A DNA stretch of 64,000 nt, from the NCBI GenBank assembly GCA_964016885.1, contig OZ024745.1, positions 121,830,001-121,894,000 of the forward strand, in the 5' to 3' direction. This document shows positions 1 to 11,337 of the stretch, piece by piece; within the stretch, counting starts at the first letter, position 1; each line of letters starts with the position of its first letter. Under the pieces are notes generated by a model. That model was not told the DNA's origin, searched no databases, and saw nothing but the letters and a program-made list of their open reading frames with translations. The DNA comes from Eledone cirrhosa. Its lineage: Eukaryota. Both the position numbers and the translations under genes were made by a program.

Positions 1-348
1 CCATTGGTATTGCAAAAAAACATTCTACAAGGAACTGTGGAAGGGAAGGGAGATGGATAAGAGGAAAAGATGGACAGACGGCATCAAAAAATGTACAGCC
101 AAATCCTTAGCAGAGAGCCAACATCTGGTACACAGCTGCGATGGAGAACACTAGTGCACAGAATGTCACAACAGTGCCCTTACAACTTAATCAGGAGTTC
201 AGGGAAAAAGCAAATAAGGTCTGTCCAACAACAATAACTATTTCTAATGCTGGAAAGCTTTTATCTACCACAAAAATATTATTGAGATACTGGAACACAT
301 GGCAATGCTTTGATAAGCTGTACAATGAATTTTTTCTGTAAAGAAATA

Positions 349-625
349 CTGTTGTCCCCTGGTAGTTGTAGGGGTTTCATTCCTAGAGCACTTGTGAAAA
401 GTGAAAAACCCACGAATATTGGACATGGTCCATAAAAATGCCTATAAACATCAAAATATAATGTAAAATATGGGCCAGCAAATACGGTATATTGTTATTA
501 ATAATTTAGTGTTAAAAAGCGTGAAAAAATATATATTGCCACGAAAAAAGCATTAAAAAATCGCGGAAGATATTTACAATTCCGTGAATATGCGGTGGTT
601 TCTACGAACAATTATTGGTTAGGTT
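349..625 (+). mobile_element. Tigger/pogo-like MITE remnant (related copy at about 4015-4170)
   Basis: Starts TA + c(a/t)gttgtccc; the two copies share about 130 bp. Confidence 0.5.
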
Positions 626-849
626 CTAAGGAAAATTCCATGACTAACCGGGACAGCAAATGCCTTACAAAAATAGTCAGACATACATTCACACAAACAT
701 TCACACAAACACATACATACATTCACACACACACATACATTCACAGAAACACACACATATGTATTCACACAAACACACATATATACATTCACACAAACAC
801 ACACATACATTCACACAAACACATACACACATACACTGCATAACAAATG

Positions 850-1016
850 GAACGCCAGCTGGTATTTTGCTATAGTGTTTTCACCATCCCCTTGCCTTCT
901 TTTTACACACACATTCACACAGGCAGCAAACATAAAGAGAGAGGAGTAGTATGAGGTAGTTAAACTACTCCTCTCTCTTTGTGTTGTGACAGAATCAAAG
1001 AAATTTATATATAGAT
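850..1016 (-). mobile_element. Helitron-like non-autonomous repeat (related + copy at about 37106-37260)
   Basis: 5' end ATCTATATATAAA and the internal hairpin gaggagtag...ctactcctc are shared by both copies. Confidence 0.45.
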
Positions 1017-1535
1017 AACCCTTTCATTACCATAGCCTAAAAAAAAAGCAACACTTATGTATTTCAATTCTTTCTTTTGTAAAAATAGGCCTTAACCTTG
1101 ACATACCATGAAATATAGGTCAAAAGTATAAATTGTTTTGTTACTAATTTTTACTTTCACTCTTGTATTTTTAATTTTCACTGCATTAGCTTTCCCAAAA
1201 CAACCATAGCCACAAAATAAATAAGAATTTGAGATGATTTAGTAAAATAAGTACCTTTTTCACTATTAAGCTGGTGTTTGGAAGAAGTTTATTTTAGATA
1301 AATATCAACATTTTAACACAGTCTTGTATAATGGGACTAAGGGTAATTTCAAGAGCTTTGACATAAACAGACAGGGTTAACAAAGGTTTTTACATAAAAT
1401 TATGTTGAAACGTTTTTAGAAAATTATAAACATTTAAAAACGAACAGCTTTGTATTGTAGAACAAAGGGCTATTTCAGACTTGCTTGTCATTTACTTTAC
1501 AGTATTTGTTCCAGTATTTGTTCCAACTTTGTTGT

Positions 1536-1738
1536 TTAACCCTTTAGCATTTAAACTGGCCAGAATTCTCGCCTCTTTCCGTTCAAACCGGCCGAAACTG
1601 GTCACTCATACTGATATTAAGGTATTGTTCTCAAAATAATAATATTAAAATCTCATAGATTCGGTATTATGTGAGATAAAGCCTTTACTATGAAAATATA
1701 ATAGTAAATATTGAATAATGTAAATGTTAAAGGGTTAA
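1536..1738 (+). mobile_element. TTAA-flanked piggyBac-type MITE; other copies at about 1955-2452, 32502-32714, 36359-36562, 39796-40019, 41980-42157, 52282-52481, 60519-60730
   Basis: TTAA|CCCTTTAGCATTTA ... TAAATG(C/T)TAAAGGG|TTAA termini; about 200-bp conserved body. Confidence 0.8.
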
Positions 1739-2719
1739 TTTTATCAACCTGGAAGGATGAAAGGCAATCTCAGGCAGTGGATTGGTAGAATTGTTATATC
1801 ATTCGATGACCTTACCATATCCATCCATCCGTTCTTTGCATCTTTAGTTCAAATTCTGCTGAAGCCCTACTTGAATGATAGATTTAATACTTTTGATATC
1901 AAAACTGTCCCAATTCTATGATGAAAAAACCTCCTATTTTAAAGAATTTATATTTAACACTTTAATGTTCAAACTGGCCAAAACTGGCCTGAATTCTCAA
2001 AATTGTTCTCAAAATAAATACTATCAAAATCTCAGATTCGATATTATGTGAGATAATTACATGAAAATATAATAGTAAATATAGAGTAATCATTCATCAT
2101 TTCATCATTTCATTTTACGTCCACTTTTCCATGCTTGCAAGGGTGGGACGGGAACTGATTCTGGCTTGATTTCTACAGCTGGATGCCCTTCCTAACACCA
2201 ACTTCATTTATAGTGAGTGCTGGGTGCTTTTTTCCGTGGCACCTCCACGACCACTTTGCAGTGGAATGATAGGGACCCCAGTCCTTATCATCTCATTTCT
2301 ACAGCTGAGTAAACTGGAGCAATGTGAAATAAAGTGCCTTGCTCAAGGAAACAACACATCACCTGGTCTGAGAATTGAACTCACAACCTTTCGATTGCAA
2401 GGCCAATGCTCTAATCACTAAACCATGTGCCTCCATAAATGATAAAGGGTTAAATAGAAAATAATTTTATAAAAGAATATTTTTGTTAAGCTATGTACTA
2501 AACTCCATAAGGCAGGCCACATATATACAGAAGTGCTAACTGGCAGTTAAAATAATGGTCTAAACAGTTCTTAGCAATTAATCATAGACTGGAGTTAACT
2601 CCATCTTAATATGGTTAGTTATTTTATTAAATTCCTTTAACTTGTTGATTATTTACAAAATTACTTGTAAAAAATAGGTGGTGTATTTCATTAGAAATAT
2701 GGTATTGAATGGGTTAATC

Positions 2720-3456
2720 CAGAGGTTCTCAAAGTGGGCGCTACTGCTCCTCCCCCAGGGGGTGTTGAGAAGGTCCAAAGGCATTGGGGCTTAAGGGGGC
2801 GGTAGAGATGATATAGTATATTAAATATCAAATGATATATATTATATATAAATATAGTAAAATAAAAAATATATATAATATTTATTTATACATAGCATCA
2901 TCATCATCATCATCATCAACGTTTAACGTCCGTGTTCCATGCTTGCATGGGTTTGGACGGGGGTAGTCCCACTTGAGGCAAGAGTGATTGTCTTGCTCGC
3001 ATAGGACTGTCTGGCAGGTTTTCTACAGTTGGATGCCCTTCCTAACACCAACCACATTTACAGTGTGGGTCTGGGAGGTTTTTACCGTGTTGCCTACACG
3101 GCCACATTACAGCGTGGACTGTGTGTTTTTTGTCGTGACACCTACACGATCTCATTTGTTTCGGCCTCGATGGCGCGGCACCAACATAACTTTACATAGA
3201 ACGGGGTGGTGTGGATGGGGTGGGGGTGGTGGTGGTGGTGGGACGGGGTGTATTTTGTTAGAGATGCCTACTGGCTGGAGTAGGTTTTACTATATATATA
3301 TTATATTATTTGTTATATATAAATTAACGACTTTAATTATAGAAATATTATTTACGTGTAGGCAGGTCTCTCTGGATATAGGTTTTTTTTTTGGGGGGGG
3401 GGGTATTACGTGGCCATGAGGGGGTGGCGATGGTCCAAAAAAGTTTGAGAACTCTG
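2720..3456. mobile_element. hAT-type MITE with a nested SINE
   Basis: CAGAGGTTCTCAAA-type TIRs; exact 8-bp TSD GGTTAATC (2712-2719 and 3457-3464). Confidence 0.85.
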
Positions 3457-4704
3457 GGTTAATCCATATTCAGTTTAACCCACGCCACTTGGCCCTTGGA
3501 TGTCTTTCGTGGAGACCCCTGTTTCAGTTATGTGAGCTGTTTCCTTTTTCAGAATACCTTCCTCTCTCACTTTCATCAGACTTAGAGGTCCTGAAATAGG
3601 TCAGTTACTTTGACCATCCCACCTTGATTATGCAGTAACAAATAAACTAACAAATAAAAAAAAACAGATAATTAAACTAATGACTTTTTACAAAAGGAAT
3701 TTCTTCCTAGGAAGAGATTCATAGCTCTGACACCTCTATTTACATCATTAATATTCCTGATATGTTTACTATTGAATTATGGGAAATAAGCTGATTTGGT
3801 TCTCATATCTAGCAATACTGAGTACTTCCACAACTGGAAAAGTTAGACATCAACAACAAAAATAAGACAAAATAGAAACGAAAAAGAAACTAGACTAGAA
3901 AATCAGGTTTGTTAAATGAGTAAAATGTTTCAGATTTCGTTCTTTCTCTCTCCATTTGACTAACTATATATACAGCTGGATATATCAAACTATTATGCAT
4001 ACATCTTTCTAATACAGTTGTCCCTCCTGGTATATGTGGAGGTTATGTACCTAGAGCATCCGCAAAGAGTGAAAACCCACCAATATTGGATGTGGTCCAT
4101 AAAAATGCCTATAAACATAAAAATATAACATAAAATATAACATTAAAAAAATCTGGCAGAGCAACCGTAGTTGTGTAAAATATTTGAGGCAGTCAACAGG
4201 TTAAAGAGTAAAGATATTAGTAATGATGAAATTCAAAACAAAATTAAGTGAAACTCAACAAAAACTTTGAATAGAGCTACACCAGCAATTGAATGTTACA
4301 CAACGCAACTTACCAACAGGCCTGGGAAAGGGGGAACTGAAATTAAATCCAAGAAACAGAATGGTCGCACAACTAGGAGTAATTACAAAAACCAAGCAGA
4401 GGCAGGGCAATCACTGATCACCTCTATGCGTCAAAGCATGGCGTCCGACCCTCTACCGATACTGCCAATCCACCGAATAATAATAGTAATCGTTTAATGT
4501 AGAGGTTCTCAAACTTATTAGCCCCCCCCCCCCCTCCCTCACGGCCACGTAATAACCTCAGTGCCCTTCCCCCACTCTATTTCCAGAGAGACCTACTCAC
4601 ACGCAAATTGTAAATAATATATATACGATGTATAGATAAATATTATATATTTTTTATTTTACTATATTTATATATATGTACCATTTGATATTTGATTTAC
4701 TATA

Positions 4705-5150
4705 TACCACTATTGACCACTAAAGGTTTCTCGCCAAAAATGAAAGGCAGACTGTATGATGCCTGCATACGAACAGCAATGTTACATGGCAGTGAGACTT
4801 GGGCATTGTGTGCAGAGGATCTGCGCAGACTGGAGAGGAACGGAGCATGCATGCTCTGTTGGATGTGTAATAGTAATATATGTGAACAGCAAAGCATAAA
4901 TGAACTAAGTGAGAAATTAGGAATAAGAGGGATCAGATGCTGTTTACTCGAGAGAAGACTACGTTGGTATGGTCACGTGATGCGCATGAAAGACGACAGC
5001 TGTATAAAAAAGTGCAGGGCGATCAAAATTGATGGAAGTTACGGAGTAGGTAGACCCAGAAAAACCTGGGTCGACATGATAAATTCCGACCTTACACACT
5101 TACAGTGTCACTGGATCGAGATCTTTGGTGCCACACAGTAATACCGAAGA
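4705..5150 (+). mobile_element. RTE-clade LINE 3' fragment
   Basis: KGRLYDACIRTAMLHGSETW...ERRLRWYGHVMRM...GRPRKTW. Confidence 0.9.
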
Positions 5151-6530
5151 CCCGCCTTCTCTATGTGCAAAGTTAACCTACAGTCAGTAGGCCCCTCCAA
5201 ACCAAACATACACACTACCCACTACCCCTACTCCATTCTCCCACTCCCGCCAACACCACCCTTTCTCTGTAAAGTTATGTTGGTACCACAACATCCAGTC
5301 CGAAACAAATGAGGTCGTGTAGGTGTCATGACAAAAAAACACACAGCCCACGCTGTAATGTGGTCGTGTAGGTAACACGGTAAAAAGCTCCCAGTCCACA
5401 CTATAAATGTGGTTGGTGTTAGGAAGGGCATCATTCCGTAGAAAACCTGCCAGATAGTCCTATATGAGCGAGACACGGTCACCCGACCAATCTTGCCTCA
5501 AGTGGGACAACTCCTGTGTAACCCATGCTAACGTGGAAGATAGACGTTAAATGATGATGATGATGATGATAGTGAAATTTCATTATAACGAGATTGACTG
5601 AAACAAATCTAGCGTTAGTCTGTTATTACCTTGGGGATTGAAAAAAATGTCATTATACTGAAAAATACATTACTGCCCAACCCCCTCCCAGACATTCCCT
5701 TTCTATATCGTAAGATTTCACTCTGATGTTCCGCTCATCGAGTGCTTCAGTCTGCAGAAGGTGAGGAATCAGACATCAGGATGTAATCCATGGAGCTTGA
5801 TCCAAAGGGGAACTAGCGAGGAGTACAGCTATCATGCTTCCATACATCTATCTTATACACTCTGGTTTTTTGCTGGCCTACAGCTATTTCTTTACTTTTT
5901 AATTTTCTTCATTATAGTCATCGCTTTCCTACATATCTATCCCCTTTAATCTTTAATTAACTAATTAATTAGTTTATTTATTTTATTTTAATCTATTTCT
6001 TATATAGTTAATTTTTGGTATTGATTATAATTGTTTCTACTTTTGGCACAAGGCCAGCAATTATCCCAGTGTATTACTGGTACTTTATTTTATCGACCTC
6101 GTAAGGATGAAAGGCAAAGTTAACCTCGGCGGGATTTGAACTCAGTCTGTAAAGGGACGTAACTGTGCTGCAAAGCATGGCACCCAACCCTCTACTGATA
6201 CTGCCAATTCACCACAGTTTTGCAGACCTGTGGACAATATGGGGGTGGGAGGAGATGTCACTACTATTATAGCAGCTGCTGTTACTACTACTACAACAGC
6301 TACTGATAGAGAGGGGAGGGAGAAGGGCTACCAACTGTTTTTGTTACTAAACTGACCAATACTTCCGCCAAAATTCTTAGGTTCATACAGGGGCCGGCCG
6401 TTGAAGCAACAACACCTCGCGTTCGGCCAGCCCCCTGTATCATGAAAAGAAAATCTTTTTCGGGGAAATTATTGGATTTTTCCAAATTTGAAGGTTTCTT
6501 AGGAACTTTCAATGTTTATTTTAGGTTTTG

Positions 6531-6588
6531 CTGTCTGAAGAGCTGAGGCTAGCATAACCGATAGTCCTCAGTGAAATATATATAATGG
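6531..6588 (+). ncRNA. Minimal type I hammerhead ribozyme motif (Penelope-element type)
   Basis: CTGAAGA (6535-6541); 7-bp stem II GCTGAGG/CCTCAGT; GAAA (6573-6576); self-complementary stem III ATATATAT; AUA cleavage triplet; weak stem I CTGT/ATGG. Confidence 0.7.
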
Positions 6589-6628
6589 AGTTTTAAATAA
6601 ACCTGAATCAACTGAATATGGCCTCCCA

Positions 6629-6681
<53 letters not shown>

Positions 6682-6686
<5 letters not shown>

Positions 6687-6917
6687 AAAATTATAAAATT
6701 AACTTACTTACTAAAATATCACTTCCAACTAATTAGTTTCTGGAATGGAGTAAATATATTTTCCGAAGAAGATATATAGAAGCATTCCGTCGTCAGGCTT
6801 TCCTGACGACGGAATGCTTCTCTATATCTTCTTCGGAAAATATATTTACTCCATTCCAGAAACTAATTAGTTGGAAGTGATATTTTAGTAAGTAAGTTAA
6901 TTTTATAATTTTCTTAT
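6682..6917. repeat. Near-perfect palindrome, 116-bp arms, 4-nt loop
   Basis: 6682-6797 is the reverse complement of 6802-6917, with one mismatch seen. Confidence 0.95.
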
Positions 6918-7043
6918 TTTACGTTTCTTATATTATTGTTCTGCAACCCCATGCATTGAACCACAATGTTATTAAGACAAAACCTATATATTTGCTAGCA
7001 TTGATATGCATCTGTATATATATGTTACTAGATATGAATTCTT

Positions 7044-7091
<48 letters not shown>

Positions 7092-7165
7092 AAGGAAATG
7101 TGGTAAGGAACCAGGTGGACCATAACGCACCAAAGTACTCAATACTTGAGGTAGTAGAGTGGGTA

Positions 7166-7278
7166 ATAGGAACCAGTAAGACCCTGACAGCTGAGCTCAA
7201 GCCATTTCGACGGCTAATTCTGGACTCAGAATTAGCCGTCGAAACGGCTTGAGTTCAGCTGTCGGGGTCTTACTGGTT

Positions 7279-7283
<5 letters not shown>
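7166..7283. repeat. Palindrome, 57-bp arms, GACT loop
   Basis: 7166-7222 versus 7227-7283; about 3 mismatches. Confidence 0.95.
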
Positions 7284-7311
<28 letters not shown>

Positions 7312-7314
<3 letters not shown>

Positions 7315-7596
7315 CACATGACTTAGTGGTTAGAGTTGCCTTGCAATCAAAAGGTTGTGAGTTCAATTCTCAGACCGGGTGATGTGTTGTTTCCTTGAGC
7401 AAGACACTTTATTTCACATTCTTCCAGTCTACTGCGAAGTGGTCGTGGAGATGCCACAGCAAAAAAGCACCCAGCACTGACTGTAAATGAGGTTGGTGTT
7501 AGGAAGGGCATCCAGCTGTAGAAATCAAGCCAGAATCAGTTCCCGTCCCACCCTTGCAAGCAGGGAAAAGCGGATGTAAAATGATGATGATGATGA
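7312..7596 (+). mobile_element. tRNA-derived SINE family A with RTE-like 3' end and (GAT)n tail; other copies at about 2090-2435(-), 2897-3290(-), 5290-5570(+), 7990-8155(+), 29712-30160(+), 31434-31820(-), 33478-33675(-), 44170-44425(+), 61356-62100(-)
   Basis: A/B-box head (TAGTGG...GTTCAATTC), CORE-like ccttgagcaagacactt, shared aggaagggcatccagctgtagaaa body; tail resembles the local RTE tails. Confidence 0.85.
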
Positions 7597-7958
7597 TACT
7601 ACTAAAATCTGTGATGGTGTGCTTGTTTGTAATTTAATACAGCCAAAACAGCGCATAAGGGGAAAATATGGGGTTTTTCCAGGTAGCTTTATAAATAAAG
7701 AGAGAGAAAGAGATAGTGGTTGTGAGTAGATTAAAAGAGAGACATGGCGAGAGAGAAGGAGACAGGGAAGGAAAATGGAAGAGAGAGAAAGCTGGTGGTG
7801 TTGTTGAATGAAATTTTAACGGGTGACTTCAAAGAATCAAATACAGCATTACTGTATCTAACTCAAATTTGGTGACTGAATATTAAGTCATTTGTATCAT
7901 ATAACTTGTGTTAGGACAGGTTGTGTGTAGCGAATATTTCCTGCGAAATAGGAAGGGT

Positions 7959-7990
<32 letters not shown>

Positions 7991-8177
7991 TGTAAATGTG
8001 GTTGGTGTTAGGAAGGGCATCCAGCTGTAGAAAACCCGCCAGACAGTCCTATGCGAGCAAGACAACCACTCTTGCCTCATGTGGGAAAACTCCCGTCCAA
8101 ACCCATGCAAGCGTGGAACATGGACGTTAAACGATGATGATGATGATGATGATGATATGTGTGTGTGTGTGTGTATA

Positions 8178-8531
8178 TATATATTAGTATTGTTGCTCTG
8201 AAATAGCAATGTATACATGAATGAATGTATGTATAGTATATTTGGCAATATACTGTATGTTTAATTAAAAACATTTTGAAGACCATTTGCTATGAGTTTT
8301 AAAGTAGTGACTATGTCACTTACTTATTCTCAGCAAAAACAACAGAGAGTGATCGACAGACAGTCTGTTTCTCGCTTGTGAGCGTTTATCAAGTCCACAC
8401 TCCATAGTGAATGATCTTCAAAATGTTTTTAATTAAACACGGTATATTGCCAAATATACTATACATACATATAGTATACATACATATACTATACATACAT
8501 CCCTATTTCAGAGCACCAATACTAATATATA
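8178..8531. repeat. Inverted repeat (about 110-bp arms) around a 120-bp spacer
   Basis: 8178-8287 versus 8410-8531. Confidence 0.85.
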
Positions 8532-8589
8532 AATTTTGCTGAACCGGCAGTCGCTCTGTTTCTGAACACTGACTGGTAACTTCAGAGTT

Positions 8590-9435
8590 GACTTTCCTGA
8601 CAACCCCCCACCATTTTCAGAATAACGCCTGGCGCTATGCTGCTGGCATCACACCATGCAGTCACATTCTTTGATTTGGGTATATACCAGCTTCCTCTTA
8701 CTGGGTCATCCAACTTTACCCTCTCCATAATCTACCACATCATGGCCACCATACTCTCTCCTCCCTGCCCTCCTCAGCTCATCTCTTGACATAGCTGCAT
8801 GCTGTTTGTTGGAGCCACCCCACAATTGGATAGTGGGCCACTAATTTCCCGACACATTGAGAAAAGTTCTCATCCGTCCATGCCGGTGCCCAGTTCTGGG
8901 ACTTCATTTTCTCTCTGAAATACTAATGTGTCTGTCATGTCTCTTTGCTGCCTGAGTCCCAGTGTGTCTCCTCCTTCCATTGTCTCAAGCAGCTTCAAGG
9001 TTAACCTAAACCTTTCTAGGTGACTTGAGACCTCTGCTGCCAACACCACAGTTTTGTCTATAAAGATATTGTTGGTGGTCCTCTTCACCTTGCCCACCTT
9101 CCCCAGAATGGCCTTGAGGACTGTTGCCATTATCTTTGGTGCTCCCCAGCCTGGTCAGGCAGTATGTCTGCCCTTTATACCTAGCCAGCTGATACTTCCA
9201 CAGTTTCTCAGCTAATGTAGCTGCAGATAAGCCGACTTTAAGTTAACAATTGTGGAGGCCTCTGTCATTTGTCTCCACTCTTGCAAGTTCCCTGCAGACA
9301 TCTATGACTTCGACACCTGTGTGACATAACACGTGTTCATTCAGTTCACGAAAGTCCAGCACTGGCCTGACTTTGTTCTTTGTTGGTTGCACTACTGTCA
9401 TTAACGGCAACACTTCATTCTTTTTTTCATCACTA
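8590..9435 (-). mobile_element. Decayed gypsy-like reverse transcriptase fragment
   Basis: PLMTVVQPTKNKVRPVLDFRELN; YCLTRLG..APKIMATVL; frameshifted. Confidence 0.65.
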
Positions 9436-10204
9436 TAGCATCTGCGAGGTCGGAGAAAGTAAATATTAAAAAGTAAAACTGCCAAAATAGCTTGTCGTAA
9501 AAAGCGATGGTTCTACCTTCGAGTCTCCACGTTTTTTTTTTGTTTTTTTTTCCCCCGTATGCTATCAATTAATCTGACCTCTTAGATGCTCGCAATTGAC
9601 TTTTTTTCCCCCAGAAAATGGAAACCCTAATCTGGAGAAAAGTCGATTGTGATCATCTAAGAGGTCCAGAAAAAAACGAGGAAAGATAATTATTTCCCAC
9701 CAAACGCAAGAGGTGTGTATAGATCTGCGAATCTCCGGTTGTCTTTTCGCTCCCTTTTTCTACAAATCTAGTCCTTTCCGACTGGTTTCGAGATCATATT
9801 CGTTGATAACACACGACAAAGAAAAATCATGGAGAAAACTCCGAAGAGGGGAGGGGGGGGGGGCACTACACCCCTTCCGTTTTCCGGGAAAAGAAGGAAG
9901 TCGATTGCCAGCATCTTGGAGGTTAGATTAGTTGATAGCATGCGAAAAGATGAAAAAAAGATTTTCCCCACAGAAATCGAGGGGTGGGGGTGTTCTATAA
10001 TAATGGTTTCTGATTAAAGCACAAGGCCAACAATATTTGGGGAAAGGGAAAGTCGATTAAATCTACCCCAGTGCATTACTGGTACTTTATTTTATCGACC
10101 CTGTAAGGATGAAAGGCAAAGATAACCTCGGCTCACCAAAAAGGTATTTCCCACTGATATCGGTTGGGTGTTTTTTTTCTATAAATTTACCATTATTGAA
10201 CTTG

Positions 10205-10390
10205 GTAGATTGGCAGTATCGGTAGAGGGTCGGACTCCATGCTTTCCAGCATAGTTACGTCCCTTTACGATCTGAGTTCAAATCCCGCCGAGGTTGACTT
10301 TGCCTTTCATCCTTACGGGGTCGATAAAATAAAGTACCAGTAATGCACTGGATAATTGCTGGCCTTGTGCCTAAAGTAGAAACAATTATT
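10205..10390 (+). mobile_element. tRNA-derived SINE family B; other copies at about 6030-6215(-), 10015-10135(-), 17200-17385(-), 33160-33315(+), 36895-37090(-), 39045-39430(-, two), 43050-43200(+), 43355-43570(+), 43720-43910(-), 44885-45160(+, two), 54395-54550(+), 57950-58135(-), 61095-61230(-), 63890-64000(+)
   Basis: TGGCAG..TCGG / GTTCAAATCC boxes; central gcctttcatccttacggggtcgataaaataaagtaccag (Meta-domain-like); AATTATT tail. Confidence 0.88.
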
Positions 10391-10424
10391 GAACTTATAT
10401 ATTCATAATACATAGACCTCTGTT

Positions 10425-10760
10425 GTCCTTGGCCCTAGGGCCACCTCCCTACTCACCACCATAGGCGATGGCTAGTCGGAGTTGTGAGCCTCGTGAGCTG
10501 GAATGGCTCTTCCAGCGCATCTCCCTCATCACCCTCCGGGAAAACGCCTTCTCTATTCTGTCTGCCGTTGCCGTGGGACCCCATTTGCTCATAATAGTGA
10601 GAGATGGGGAGTTCGGTTCCTCTGTGTTCGGAGCTGGTGTACATGTGTGTGTAATTTTACGTATGTTAGTAGCTTATTTTTTTCAACACAAAAAATTATC
10701 CTCGGAAAGCCGCCTCACCCATTGTTTATTTTTTTAATTAATAATTAATTAAATTAAATT
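10425..10760 (+). mobile_element. CRE-like (restriction-like endonuclease) non-LTR retroelement 3' end
   Basis: EPRELEWLFQRISLITLRENAFSILSA, the typical C-terminal QRxSxAxxRGNA motif. Confidence 0.7.
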
Positions 10761-10799
10761 ATATTTGTTTGTTTGTTCTTATTGCATTTTTTTTTACTG

Positions 10800-11230
10800 C
10801 ATTAAACGTATCTGAAACAGGGAAGGTGGAAGCATTTCTGAACTGGGAGGGCGGCAAATGGGGTCAATTTAGTTGTAGTGATTAGTTTAGCTGTGAAAAA
10901 TGGAATGTAAAATAGAGAAAATATAGAGAAAAAAGAGAATAAGAAAGAAAAAAAACGGGAAGCGGAGGGAATTGCAAGGACTGTAGTGTTACAGAAGAAT
11001 GGAGAGGAGGAAGGAGGAGGATATTGGGCTCTGGACCTAGGTTGTGGCAGTAGAGGGGCTGCGCCCCGCGGACAGACTGCAACAGCATTTCCGTATCCAA
11101 TGGCCAGCGACACCTGCTGCAACAGCCACCCCGACCTCGCGGGGCTCTTCCTCAGGTGGGCCGCCGACGTTCCGATCTTGCGGGGGAGATCGAGTGTACG
11201 GGGCCCAAGTAGCTGTTCTCCGATATCAAT
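10800..11230 (-). mobile_element. CRE-like retroelement 3' end with 3' UTR
   Basis: LGPRTLDL.RKIG...GWLLQQVSLAIGYGNA; UTR similar to 14480-14620. Confidence 0.75.
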
Positions 11231-11337
11231 CAAGAAACTTCGATATACGATAAACATAAGATGTACATAAATTGTAGCGGATATACCGCCACTGTGAAAT
11301 ATTTTTACAACCAATATTAGGATATTTATATACTTAC

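Noticed and set aside
595-875. H/T/I-rich ORFs (similar ones at 57675-57938, 58767-59224, 62440-63210)
   Set aside because: Translations of CA, GGT or TA microsatellites.
3470-3605. Exon-like splice signals on both strands
   Set aside because: No recognisable peptide; splicing from the myosin exon would give an immediate stop.
5715-5755. Minus-strand CTGAAGC...GGAAC hammerhead-like string
   Set aside because: Both core boxes are mutated; could be chance.
7312-7380. tRNA gene
   Set aside because: It is the tRNA-like head of a SINE and continues into the SINE body.
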